NCBI GenBank assembly: GCA_016342415.1
Contig: JAEIOD010000010.1
Coordinates: forward strand, 87,351 to 151,350
DNA: 64,000 bases
From: Clostridiales bacterium
Lineage (GTDB): Bacteria; Bacillota; Clostridia; Peptostreptococcales; Acidaminobacteraceae
Reading direction: 5' to 3'
Shown here piece after piece: positions 1 through 10,700 of this stretch (position 1 is the first letter of the stretch; the number at the start of each line of letters is the position of its first letter). The translations under genes were made by a program, and so were the position numbers. The notes below the pieces were generated by a model, which was not told the DNA's origin, made no database searches, and worked only from the letters and a program-made list of their open reading frames with translations.

Positions 1-1500
1 TTTCTGCTGTCCTAATAAAAATTCATTATCTACCATCCAATCACAGAGTTCTTCTAAAGCATCAGTAGACATCGTTGCCTGAGTTTCCTCATCTGAAACC
101 ACAATCATCGCAATCCCTGTAAAGCTAAAACCAAACAACAATACTACAATCGTAATACTTCGTAAGATCGGAACTACTTCAATAGATTTTCCATTGATCA
201 CTTTTAAAATAATACAATCAAATAGAAGTACCACCGGGATCAGTGAAATCATTTGAAGATAGCCAATCCACCTGACTTGATACAGTGACAACATACCATA
301 GACAAACATACCAATGAACAGGAAAACATCGCCATGGTTATTTACATGTTTCCTATTTAGTATATTAAACAACAGATACAAACCACTCAGTATTGGCATA
401 CCAAGGTAAATCAGTAGTTTTCCTACTCCAATTAGACTCAAGTCAAACAACGGTTGTACTTCTTTGACATAATCAAGCCATATGGGTTTGATTGCAGGAT
501 TCACTCCTGCAAATGGACCTTTGATAAAATCTGGGAACAATACAACCATCAGAGTTGCACCAATTGTCCCAATAACCAATAGGTATAAACATCTAACAAA
601 TCTGATTTTACGCTCTTGATCTCCATTGTTATTTATTAAATAAAATCTAGTAAAAATTCTTTTAGTGATATAGAAAATAGAAGTTATAATCAGAAAAAAA
701 GCAAGATAGACTATAGATATCTTGTCATACTCAAAGATTGACAAGTCACTCAAGGGTTTTTCAATTAGAAGCAAAACACCTGTAAAAACCGTAAGCCATC
801 CCGATAATTTGATGCTTCTATCAAGATAAGTCATACCATATAAAATCCAGTGAACTGACATGACTAGAAAAACAAAAATCACTAACATGACCGACTCAAC
901 ACTTATCACCATAGCATAAGCCATGGTGAAACTGGTCAGCAGTAGTGTGTTTGTTTTAACTTCAGGTCGAACTACTCTAAGCATACATCCTATCAAAACA
1001 GCAAATGTTAATAATAATAGACTATGATGATCTGGTCGTCCAAAACCATAAATTTCTGTGAAAATTGGCTGTGATAAAAATACAAGAAATATGAGTGAGG
1101 TGTTCTCTTCCTTTAACACAGGCTTGAACATCCATATGAGTATGCATACCAAAACAACTCCCAACAAAGGGCTCAGTATGATACCAGCATATTGAAGTGC
1201 TTTGGGAAACGGAAAAATCAAGCTCAATCCTTTTGCCAGTCCTAACAAAATAATATCTAAAGCTCGTGTCCAGTGTAATTCATCTCCATAAGGAGCATTA
1301 CTCCTTTCTACAACTGAATCAAACCAGTCAAAGGTTTCGTTCAGTTCTTCTACTCGAACCAAACGCATAAAGGGATCGGTTCCGATTATTTCGACACCTT
1401 TTGACAGTGATGTCATATTATAAAAGGCTAATTGGATTATAAGAAAAGAAATCACAGCAATTAAAACCATAATCAGTTTTGTATTATGCCTTAAGGTCAT
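1..1500 (-). CDS. polytopic integral membrane protein, partial (C-terminal part lies beyond window position 1); possible GT-C-type glycosyl/galactofuranosyl transferase partner of the upstream Glf-like gene
   Basis: Reverse strand has ATG at 1500..1498 (MTLRHNTKLIMVLIAVISFLI...) and stays open through many hydrophobic helices to the window edge. Start overlaps the stop of 1502..3028 by 2 nt, suggesting translational coupling. Absent from the ORF track only because it runs off the window. Confidence 0.6.
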   Translation of the reverse strand, partial: MTLRHNTKLIMVLIAVISFLIIQLAFYNMTSLSKGVEIIGTDPFMRLVRVEELNETFDWFDSVVERSNAPYGDELHWTRALDIILLGLAKGLSLIFPFPKALQYAGIILSPLLGVVLVCILIWMFKPVLKEENTSLIFLVFLSQPIFTEIYGFGRPDHHSLLLLTFAVLIGCMLRVVRPEVKTNTLLLTSFTMAYAMVISVESVMLVIFVFLVMSVHWILYGMTYLDRSIKLSGWLTVFTGVLLLIEKPLSDLSIFEYDKISIVYLAFFLIITSIFYITKRIFTRFYLINNNGDQERKIRFVRCLYLLVIGTIGATLMVVLFPDFIKGPFAGVNPAIKPIWLDYVKEVQPLFDLSLIGVGKLLIYLGMPILSGLYLLFNILNRKHVNNHGDVFLFIGMFVYGMLSLYQVRWIGYLQMISLIPVVLLFDCIILKVINGKSIEVVPILRSITIVVLLFGFSFTGIAMIVVSDEETQATMSTDALEELCDWMVDNEFLLGQQK

Positions 1501-1501
1501 A

Positions 1502-3028
1502 TCAATTCACATCCTTCTTTTCCTCGTGGTATTCTTTTTCTCCATTGACTGCCCATATATTATCTTTGGTAATAATTTTTCCGCGAATATTGGCGACCGC
1601 CTCCAAAGCCGTCAACATGGAATGATCCATATTATTGTACCGGTGCATACCATTTCTTCCTATCATGAATAAGTTTGTTATCCCATCAAGATATTCACGT
1701 ACACTCTCAAAGTCATCATAAGAGCCGATATAAGAAGGGTATGCTTTGGGCATATACACTACCGTGCTATCTATAACATCCTTTCGTTCGATGGCATCGA
1801 TTGAAATTAACTCTTCAATAGAGAATTCTATTAAATCATCCTTTTCCATATTCCAAAAATGATCCCCTTCATTGCAAAAATATTCAAGACCAATCCAAAT
1901 GTTATCTCGATTCTTTACCATATACGGACTCCAGTTATTAAAGATCTGGATGCGACCCATTTTCACACTGTTTTCTTGTACGTAAATCCAATTATCCGGT
2001 ACTTTATAGTCACTATCGCCAGAGTTATTACCTAAGTTGAACCGTTTAAGCAAGAGTCCAACGGAGATAAAATCCCTGTATTTTAAATTTTTTGCTATCT
2101 GATGAACAGTATCAGGTACTTTAGGTTTCATCCCGATTACAAGTTCACGTACTGGCATTGTAGAAATAAAATAATCACACTCCAAAGCTTCTATCTCTTT
2201 TGTAAGTTGATCCTGTACAATAACTTTTTTCACTTTATTATCAGTATAATGAACTTCAATTATACTTTTGTTGAAATGAATCACACCACCCTTTTCAACA
2301 ACTTTTCTACCAACTTCATCCCACATTTGTCCAACACCATATTTCGGATAAAAAAATCGACTAATTAAACTTGTTTCTACATCTTTTTGGGCAATATCAC
2401 ATTTCTTATTGTGTATGATTAGTTTTGATCTGATTGCATGTTTGATAACTTCTTTAATAGAAATACCCTTTATGCGTTGAGCACCCCATTCAGGTTTGAT
2501 TTCAGAGCAGGGAACACCCCAAACTTTCTCAGTATAATCCTTAAAAAAAGTTAAATACAACTCTTTTCCAAATCTATTTATAAAAAAATCTTCCAGTGAC
2601 TTTTCGGTTCTAATTGGAAATATCATGCTTTTCAAATAACTGAAACCCATTCTTACTACTTTTCTTAATCCTAAATTCTTAAAGGTTTTAACATTTAATT
2701 GAATAGGATAATCAAAAAACTTCATCATATAAAAAATACGAGATACTCGATTTCTTATTATCATGACATTATCTGATTTAGTATTGCTGTCATCTTCAAT
2801 AGGCATGATATTATTCCACCAACCCATAATTCTATCAGATTTTGAGAAGAAGCGATGTCCCCCAATATCCATTCTGTTCTCCTTATAATTGATGGTTTTG
2901 GATATGCCACCTACGACATCAGACATTTCATAAATAACTGGCAATACATCTGTTGTTTCTAATAGTTCCATTGCAGCTGTTAATCCTGCTACACCAGCTC
3001 CTGCGATTATTGCAACTTGTTTTCCCAT
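1502..3028 (-). CDS. UDP-galactopyranose mutase (Glf)-family FAD-dependent oxidoreductase, unusually long (508 aa)
   Basis: N-terminal Rossmann motif IIGAGVAGL. Glf-like motifs [14 protein letters not shown] (compare Glf GYTEKQWG) and C-terminal [15 protein letters not shown] (compare Glf GRLAEYKYYDMHQVI). SD-like sequence upstream. Confidence 0.7.
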   Translation of the reverse strand: MGKQVAIIAGAGVAGLTAAMELLETTDVLPVIYEMSDVVGGISKTINYKENRMDIGGHRFFSKSDRIMGWWNNIMPIEDDSNTKSDNVMIIRNRVSRIFYMMKFFDYPIQLNVKTFKNLGLRKVVRMGFSYLKSMIFPIRTEKSLEDFFINRFGKELYLTFFKDYTEKVWGVPCSEIKPEWGAQRIKGISIKEVIKHAIRSKLIIHNKKCDIAQKDVETSLISRFFYPKYGVGQMWDEVGRKVVEKGGVIHFNKSIIEVHYTDNKVKKVIVQDQLTKEIEALECDYFISTMPVRELVIGMKPKVPDTVHQIAKNLKYRDFISVGLLLKRFNLGNNSGDSDYKVPDNWIYVQENSVKMGRIQIFNNWSPYMVKNRDNIWIGLEYFCNEGDHFWNMEKDDLIEFSIEELISIDAIERKDVIDSTVVYMPKAYPSYIGSYDDFESVREYLDGITNLFMIGRNGMHRYNNMDHSMLTALEAVANIRGKIITKDNIWAVNGEKEYHEEKKDVN

Positions 3029-3654
3029 AGTATGTGCTCCTTTTAAAAACTTATTATATTTAAAATATGATTAAGATAGAATAACATGTATCGCTAAATC
3101 AGTAAGTATATCCAACAATACTTTCAGTATAAAGTATTGTCATTCATAATACTTTAGGACCTTTGTCCCTATTTTTGGTATTAAAGGATAAAAAACGAAG
3201 CATCAATAGCAGTATTGAATCTCTCAAATCAAAGTCGCGACTAACTGCACCAATAGATAGAAATATAATCTCTTCATACCCAAATACAAGATGCCTGAAC
3301 TGATATAATAAAATCCCAGTTTTCCATGATATGAGTTGAAGAATCCATTTATTGGTATAAATCTACAAAAATAATTCGTTTTGTCTTAACATAAATCCAG
3401 TTGGAAGACCTTTCACCATAAAATAACAGAAGAAACTCTCGGTGTGAAACTAACTCGCCTTTGCGGCACTTATATGACAAAGTCATTAATGATAAGTCTG
3501 AAAAGTACTTTTGTATTAGGTAAAATAATTATAGATAAATAAAACTTTTAAACTACAAAGTTCGCTCAAAAAAAAAAACAATATTTTTTTCTTTGAAGTT
3601 TAATATTTTAATGAAATGGGTATAATTGCCGTATTCCAATTGAAGGGTGTTTAT

Positions 3655-4275
3655 ATGAATAATATAGTAAATATGAAAAGTACAGCACCAAATCCATATC
3701 TATATTTATTTAACAAAAAACGGAAAGATGTTTCACAAAAGTATGTCACTAAAGATATGGCTCTAGTAAAAACTGAAAACTTAGAAGATGTTGCCATTAA
3801 AAATAAAATAGCTCAGCTTGCGATGCAAGAAAAAGCTATTATTAGTCATGAAAAAATGCATTTGATGGTAGGCGGGAATTTAGCAAGTGGTCCATCATAT
3901 ATATATACCACTGGACCAGATGGTAAAAGATATATCGCAGGTGGACAAGTAAATATGAAAATGCCGTCAGGAGGTAGTCTTGACAGTTTATTGAGTGGCT
4001 TAAAAAGAATAAAAAATGCCGCGACTGCAGTTGGAAATCCTTCTGGAACAGATTTAAACACAGCCGCTACTGCTGCGGCAATCGAATCTGCTGTTTTGAA
4101 GGAAATGGCTCTAAGAAAAATGAACGAAGCTTATAGCAAATCAAGAGAGCAAGCTAACGAACCTAAAATTGATAATAATATGACCCATATTGATATGTTG
4201 ATTGAAAAAAGTTATGTTTCAAAATTATCCACTATGAAATTCAGAGTCCTTTCGAAATTCGAATTACTAATATAG
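3655..4275 (+). CDS. hypothetical protein with HExxH motif (ISHEKMH), Gly/Ala-rich middle region
   Basis: ORF 3616..4275 in track. The second ATG (3655, MNNIVNMKS) has a better SD (GAAGGGTG) than the first. HEKMH is a zinc-metallopeptidase-type signature, but no family was recognised. Confidence 0.5.
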   Translation: MNNIVNMKSTAPNPYLYLFNKKRKDVSQKYVTKDMALVKTENLEDVAIKNKIAQLAMQEKAIISHEKMHLMVGGNLASGPSYIYTTGPDGKRYIAGGQVNMKMPSGGSLDSLLSGLKRIKNAATAVGNPSGTDLNTAATAAAIESAVLKEMALRKMNEAYSKSREQANEPKIDNNMTHIDMLIEKSYVSKLSTMKFRVLSKFELLI

Positions 4276-4377
4276 ACTTTCTATCATAACTGAAGTCAAA
4301 CTTCGACAAATCAAAATATTTGTTTCTTTGCAAACTAATAGGAAAGTAAATACCTTAACAAACAGCTGCATCAAGAT

Positions 4378-4926
4378 ATGGATAACATAAATAAATATAA
4401 AAATAATGGAGATGATGACGTGATTGTAAACGAATTACCTATAATTGATTTTTCGGATAATCCTACTGGATGTTGTCCTAAATTTCATCCGGAACCATGG
4501 GACGAGAAAATTTTCCGATTTAGGGATATGCTCTTTGCTCAAACGCAAACAAGAAGTTTTTTACACATGCCTTTGAATATTGGTAAAGTTATGACACAAT
4601 CACAGAAGTTAATCGATGCAGTAGATGGTTTCGATCCGAATTGCTATTTGATTCTGTCAAAGGACATTTCAAACTGGAAAACCTATCATTATTTTAAAGT
4701 GGTTAAAGATATTCCCGGTATGGAGATGACTCGTCTTAGTGGCACTTATATGACCAAAGTCTTTGATGCTTCTTTTAAAGAGTTTCCAAAACTTATCAGG
4801 AATTTTGAATCGTATGTTGAATCAAACGGTGCAACAATGAAGGAATTGTTAGTTTTTTACACAACCTGTCCCAAATGTGCTGAGACTTATCAACACAATT
4901 ATATGGTTTTCTTCGGTAGAATATAA
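4378..4926 (+). CDS. hypothetical protein (182 aa)
   Basis: Clean ORF followed by a hairpin terminator. No recognisable domain. Confidence 0.5.
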   Translation: MDNINKYKNNGDDDVIVNELPIIDFSDNPTGCCPKFHPEPWDEKIFRFRDMLFAQTQTRSFLHMPLNIGKVMTQSQKLIDAVDGFDPNCYLILSKDISNWKTYHYFKVVKDIPGMEMTRLSGTYMTKVFDASFKEFPKLIRNFESYVESNGATMKELLVFYTTCPKCAETYQHNYMVFFGRI

Positions 4927-4940
4927 ACCTTAGTATAATA

Positions 4941-4972
4941 AATGAGCTGATTCAATCAGCTCATTTATCATA
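4941..4972 (+). terminator. Rho-independent terminator-like hairpin after 4378..4926
   Basis: AATGAGCTGATT (4941-4952), 2-nt loop, AATCAGCTCATT (4955-4966), then a T-rich tail. Confidence 0.6.
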
Positions 4973-5049
4973 AGTTTATTCTTCTCCAACCCAAAATGAG
5001 TAAAACTACTTATCTAGATGTTTTATCTACAAGATATCTACTCAATATG

Positions 5050-5500
5050 ATTACACCTTATTCAATGACTCGCTTGTTGAGATGGGAAAATTCAATGATG
5101 ATCATATCCGCATCCTCTTCATAATTCACAAATTTCAAATAAATGCGTAACCCGGTATTGCGCCTCAAGTGTTCTGCTTAACGTTCCTAAATATATGATA
5201 CGTTTCGAATCAACTTGTTTCAAAGCATTTACAGCAACACCAGCCATCCTAAATTCAAGGTCATCTTCTATGATTATATGGTTAATTTTATTTGCATAGT
5301 CTGATAATTCTTTTCTTTAGTTTATTGATATATCCTCGAAGTGAAAATCCTCCGATTCGGATATTCCAGGTACAAAACTGATAAGATTACCATCCAATTT
5401 TTTATAATTATTCTCTATGGCTTCAGATTTTGAAACAGTTTCACTCGTCAAAATTACATTTTCTACGTAAGTGCCTTGACTCAATCATACTGATTATTTG
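5050..5500 (-). pseudogene. degraded gene fragment, response-regulator-like (receiver-type IIIEDDLEF segment), multiple frame breaks
   Basis: Reverse-strand translation gives protein-like segments (..VILTSETVSKSEAIENNYKKLDGNLISFVPGISESEDFHFEDISIN*, ..KINHIIIEDDLEFRMAGVAVNALKQVDSKRIIYLGTLSRTLEAQYRVTHLFEICEL*, ..IYLKFVNYEEDADMIIIEFSHLNKRVIE*) in three different frames. No long ORF in the track. Confidence 0.35.
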
Positions 5501-5856
5501 CTTATTGTCTCTTAATAGCATATACTTAACAAGATACACAATCTTTTCTTAGCGAATGAAATACTTTTATTAATGATCCAACTTCTAGAAATAAACTACT
5601 CCTTTCGATGTTTATTAATTACCCAACTTACACAAATAAATAACTCCTTTCAAGTAACAACACTCGTTGCGAAACATCAGCTTAGTATCGTTAACTATTG
5701 CATGGTGATGAATGAATGTGCTTTACACATTAGATTCAAAAGGTATTTTGAGTATGAATTTTGATTTTAAATCAATCATAACTCAATTTTTGTGCACCCA
5801 AAATTAAGTGGGTTAATCTGTTACACCCCTATTAGTAACAACGAAAGAAGGATAAA

Positions 5857-6843
5857 ATGAAAATTATCATCGTCACCACAGAAAATGAACAAATGAAGGA
5901 AACCGGTTTTGGTTTAATGAAATCATGTCTGTCCATGAAAGAAGCATTAGAAAGCAACTATAATAGTGTTACTATTAAAAGTTGTGCATCTGAACAAGAT
6001 TTAGAGGTCGTTGCTTTGTTATCGCCAGACATTGTTGTTCTAGCTGTTAAATACATTCATGGAGTTGATGATCAAAAAATCTGGTTGTCACAATATTTCG
6101 AAGATGCAGGTATCATCTACACTGGGTCAACAAGAGAAGTTCTGGAATACGATTCAGATAAGATTCTTGCTAAAAATCTTATATTAAAAAAGGGGATTCA
6201 AACTGCTGTTTTTACAACTGTTACTCCAGAGAGTTTACATTCAAAAATCAATGAAAGCATACCATATCCCCAATTCATCAAACCACTAAATGCTGCCAAT
6301 GGAAATGGTATAGATGATGATTCTGTTGTTTATAATTCTGATGACTTTATAAACAAAGCCAATAGCTTGTTTGCTAAATATGGTAATATAGCAATATCCG
6401 AAAAATACTTATCAGGAAGAGAATTTACAGTAGCTGTTCTTCATAATGCTGCTACAAATAAATATACTTCAGCACCTATAGAAATCATTCCACCATTAAA
6501 TGATAATAACATACGTATTCTCGGACAAAAGGTGAAAATCGAAGACAATGAGGGCTTCGCTGCAATCACCAACAAGAATGAGAGAAAACAATTGGAAAAA
6601 ATGGCGATCAAATGTTTCAAAGCCCTTGGTGTAAGGGACTTTGGTAGAGTTGATATTAAAATGGACGAAGACGGCGTCTGTAATTTTCTTGAAGTAAATC
6701 TAGTCCCGGGTATGACAAAAGGAACAAGCTACTTCCCTATCTGTTTCGAAATGGACAAACAATTAAGTTACGGAAAAATCATTTGTTCAGTAGTAGATAA
6801 TGCTGTTTCTAGAGCCTCTGTTTTATCTAAAAGTATCATATAA
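5857..6843 (+). CDS. D-alanine--D-alanine ligase-family ATP-grasp enzyme, divergent
   Basis: C-terminal Ddl signature EVNLVPGMT (Ddl EVNTxPGxT) and RDFGRVD. N-terminus (MKIIIVTTENEQ) lacks the Ddl GGxSxEHEVS motif and the Ser-rich ATP loop (here KPLNAANGNGID). Good SD AAGAAGGA. Confidence 0.65.
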   Translation: MKIIIVTTENEQMKETGFGLMKSCLSMKEALESNYNSVTIKSCASEQDLEVVALLSPDIVVLAVKYIHGVDDQKIWLSQYFEDAGIIYTGSTREVLEYDSDKILAKNLILKKGIQTAVFTTVTPESLHSKINESIPYPQFIKPLNAANGNGIDDDSVVYNSDDFINKANSLFAKYGNIAISEKYLSGREFTVAVLHNAATNKYTSAPIEIIPPLNDNNIRILGQKVKIEDNEGFAAITNKNERKQLEKMAIKCFKALGVRDFGRVDIKMDEDGVCNFLEVNLVPGMTKGTSYFPICFEMDKQLSYGKIICSVVDNAVSRASVLSKSII

Positions 6844-7068
6844 ATAAATATACAAAGAGCAAATTTCTACATTCAGTAGACGTTTGCTCTTTTAATTTTA
6901 TCCTCTCATTTTTGTAACTATCTTCAATACAAAATTAAAATGTATTTTTATATCATTATATGACTTATGAATTTACTCAAACAATGACACTCTGTAATTT
7001 TAGAGCATTCGTGTGTAAAGTCCTCTTCTAAGGGTACATTCATAATAGGAAAGAACGAAGGAGAAAAG

Positions 7069-7647
7069 ATGAGAGATTATAATTATGAACTTCTACCAGA
7101 AATAGTGAAAAGATGGTCGCCACGTGGCTTTTCCAGTCAATCCGTCCCCGAAGAATATTTATGGCAATTAATTGATGCTGCAAGATTTGCTCCAAGTTGC
7201 TTTAATGAACAACCCTATCGGTATGTGATATTTTCAACACCAGAGGAAGTTGCCTATGCCAAATCGCATTTAATGAAAGGCAATCAAGAATGGAACGATA
7301 AAGTACCAGCTTATATTGGTATTTTGTATCACAAGACATTTCAAAGAAATGGAAAAGATAATACTTGGGCAGCGTTTGATACAGGTACATCATGGGGACA
7401 TCTTAGTTTAGAGGCAGTACATTTGGGATTGGTGACCCATGCGATGGCTGGATTTGAACGTGTAGCCATCCGAGAAGGTTTAGGTATTTCAGATGAATTT
7501 GAGTTTATAACATTAGTAGCAGTAGGATATTATGCCAATGAAGAAGAATTAGCAGCATCTAATCATGTAGATGAACAACCCAATACGAGAGAACCTATCG
7601 ATTTTTTTGTATTCAACAGAAATGGGAAAAAAAATAATCATATTTAG
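7069..7647 (+). CDS. nitroreductase-family protein (FMN-dependent)
   Basis: N-terminal RWSPRGF motif typical of the nitroreductase fold, 192 aa, SD GAAGGAGAA. Confidence 0.7.
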   Translation: MRDYNYELLPEIVKRWSPRGFSSQSVPEEYLWQLIDAARFAPSCFNEQPYRYVIFSTPEEVAYAKSHLMKGNQEWNDKVPAYIGILYHKTFQRNGKDNTWAAFDTGTSWGHLSLEAVHLGLVTHAMAGFERVAIREGLGISDEFEFITLVAVGYYANEEELAASNHVDEQPNTREPIDFFVFNRNGKKNNHI

Positions 7648-7687
7648 GTTTTTCTCGTAAACGATACCGAAGGTCAATCACAATAAA

Positions 7688-7728
7688 AATAATACCAACA
7701 CCTTTATTGGTGTTGGTATTTATCATTT
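7688..7728. terminator. bidirectional Rho-independent terminator between convergent genes
   Basis: AATACCAACACC (7691-7702), loop TTTATT, GGTGTTGGTATT (7709-7720), flanked by an A-run upstream and T-rich sequence downstream. Confidence 0.75.
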
Positions 7729-7733
7729 AAAAC

Positions 7734-10700
7734 TTAAATATCAAATGAAAGAGTTTTTATTTCAAATGGCCCAAAAGTCAGTTTAAGCAACTGATTGTTC
7801 ATCTCAATGGACTCCTGTATTTCTTCTCTTAAGTTAACGATTTTTGAAGCCTTTAGTTTTGAAGATACCTTTAATTGAATATGAGTATAAGCATTTTTGT
7901 GTTCATGAAGTCTTACGATAACTCGATTGCCATCTTCCGATAGTTTGATGACATCTACAAACACATCTCCCTCAACTATATTTATAAGCGGTTCTGCAGA
8001 TTCATTAGGTGAGTTTATAACCGTTAATTCACTATTAAATCGTTCTGCCTGTTCAATAGTTTGAGCTTCAGACCACCTTTTAATGTGTGGGTAGATGGCA
8101 TAAGAATAGTGATGTTTACCGATATCAGCTGTTTTATTAGGATAAGTTCCTGACTTAATTAAAGACAAACCCATAACGCTCTGCTTAGCAGAATAACCGT
8201 ATTTAGACTCACTCATTAAAGATAAACCAACACCGTTATTGCCTAAATCCATCCACTTGTGCCCACAGGTTTCAAACTTTGCAAGATCCCATGAGTTGTT
8301 GTTTGTTGTTTCTCTTTCAACTGATCCAAACTGAATATCATAGGTTGCCTTATTTTGATAAATAGTCGTAGGAAATTGAGTTCTGAGCAACAAGTTGTTC
8401 TCTTGCCACTCCACATCATGTACAAATTCAATTCTAGGCAACGCCTTATAGAGATGAATTTTTTGTTTAATTACAGAGTTTCCCATTGTATGAATAGTTT
8501 CAATCGTCCACCTAACCGGTCCTGATTCTGTTAAGTACATTTCAGAAGTTTCAAACATATAAGGTTTTCTTTGATAGAATACATCTAAATCCCAGTTATC
8601 CCAATTTGCAGGTCGGTCCTCAAATGCAATAATCTGATTACCAACACCATTTATGTACTCATAATCAGTCAATTTTTCTGTTAAAGAAGTTACTTCGCCT
8701 TTACTGTTAAAACATACACTATAGTACTCGTTTTCAAAATCAAAATGAGTTATCAACTCTTTTGAATTAAGTTTCTTTTCCCCTTTAATAAATTCAAATG
8801 ACTTAAATCCAAATGCTGGTACATCATCCGCTATAAAAACAACTTCATCTTCAGCGATGTATTGAACGGGTTGATTTGAGTCCAAAGCTACAATATCATC
8901 TGTTTTTACAATCATTTTAACAACATCAGTACTATTAAAAGATAAATCATTAAATACAGTCACACTTGATTTTTCATGTTCCGTATTTAATAACGACTGA
9001 CCAATATCATAAGCCAACTGATATTCTTTCTCTGTCGTTTCATAAACTTCAGCTATACTTGTCCCTGGAATAATATCATGAAACTGATTTAATAAAATGA
9101 TATCCCATATCTGCTCAAGTGCTTCTTTGGGAACTTGAATACCTTTTTCAATGTAATCAATCACGGTTAAAATTTCTAGTTTCCTTACCATTATTTCCAG
9201 TTTACGATTCCATCTCTTCACAGAACCATTTGATGTCAGTGTACCTCTATGGTATTCAAAATAGAGTTCCCCATCCCACGTCGGAGTACTAGGTCCATCT
9301 TTTAATTTGTTATAAGCCATATCTAAATATGTGCTATTAAAAGAAGTTTCAATTCTTGGAATACCTGGTAAACCATACTTCAATCGCTTCTCGTTTTCAA
9401 GCATCTCTCGTGTTGGACCACCACCACCATCTCCAAACCCATAAAGCATTAAAGTGTCTTCAATGATATCTTTATTTTGGAAACGTTGATAAGTCCCAAG
9501 TGTCATATTAGGACCTAAGATTCCTGTATAGGTGGTTGTGTTTCTCGTATCTGTAAAACTGATATTCTTACCCAAATTCTTATTGTAATCCGTTGTAGTT
9601 GGCATAAAGGTAAACACTTCAGAGCCATCCAAACCTCTCCATTTAAACACATCATTAGGTAATTGATTATACTGATTCCAAGCCAATTTAGTTGTTACAA
9701 AATAAGGAATATCAAATTGCTTTAGAATTTGAGGCAATGCCGCACTGTAACCAAATACATCTGGTAACCACAACGTTTTACTTCTAACACCAAATTCTTC
9801 TTCAAAGAATCTTTCACCTTTAAGTAATTGTCTAACAAGAGATTCCCCCGATGGAATATTGCAGTCAGCCTCTAACCACATCCCGCCATCAACTTCCCAT
9901 TGTCCAGAACGTACTTTTTCTTTTACACGTTCATACAGATCAGGTTTTTGCTCTTTAACAAATTGATAGAGAATTGCCTGACTACCAATAAACTTGTAAT
10001 CCGGATATCGATCCATTAATTCTATCACAGTTGCATAACTTCGAAGTACTTTTTCTCTGGTCTGCTCTACTGTCCACAGCCAAGCAATATCAATATGAGT
10101 ATTTCCGATTGCATAAACAACCGGTTGATCACTGATATCAGAATAGAATGTTTTTTTCAACATATTTCTACAGTCTGCAATCATATCATAATAGTCTAAA
10201 GTATATGTTCTTCTTAGATCTAATCTATCCGCCACAGGATTTAAACCATTTATAAGCTTAATACGATTATAAGCATCTTTTTCATAGATTAGTTCCGCGG
10301 TTTCAATAGGCATCTTAAGATCATAATACAAGGCTTCAGTCTCAGAGTCCAGTACCATTAAATGACACTGTATCAATAGATCTTTACCTTCGGTGCCACC
10401 GTATGCAAGAAAAGCAATATCAAAAGATTCATTACGTTTTGCTGAATCTGTTAAGATAACTTCTCTATGATTTACATCACAGCCTTGTACAAGTCTCTCG
10501 TTTACATAAAACAAAAACTGAGGATTACATGCATCCCACTGCCCTTCTCGGCCTGTTGTTATCCTGAATACTACGGTTTCATCTGTATATTCTTCTGGTA
10601 ATACAATAGTCGTTTTAAACCATCTATAGGCATCTTCTGCCTTCCAGTTTTCACCTACTGTAAAATCATGCCATGATGAGGTATCCAATTCATAGCCATC

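Noticed and set aside
2102-2368. Antisense or embedded short ORFs listed in the track: 2102..2368, 3846..4061, 7202..7393, 8243..8431, 14880..15068, 17566..17859, 18209..18421, 18505..18738, 20585..20812, 21659..21928, 22932..23144, 23277..23684, 23731..23967, 25248..25463, 26172..26417, 27492..27758, 27966..28277, 30232..30429, 32234..32575, 32606..32815, 33047..33253, 34838..35023, 36745..37224, 39115..39330, 39458..39661, 39612..39833, 40908..41180, 41362..41547, 41632..41865, internal ORFs of 43412..48298 and 48288..50312, 50623..50889, 51992..52225, 52682..52879, 52934..53119, 54050..54238, 54970..55254
   Set aside because: All lie inside or antisense to long, well-supported genes. They have low-complexity or hydrophobic-by-chance composition typical of AT-rich antisense frames, and no SD.
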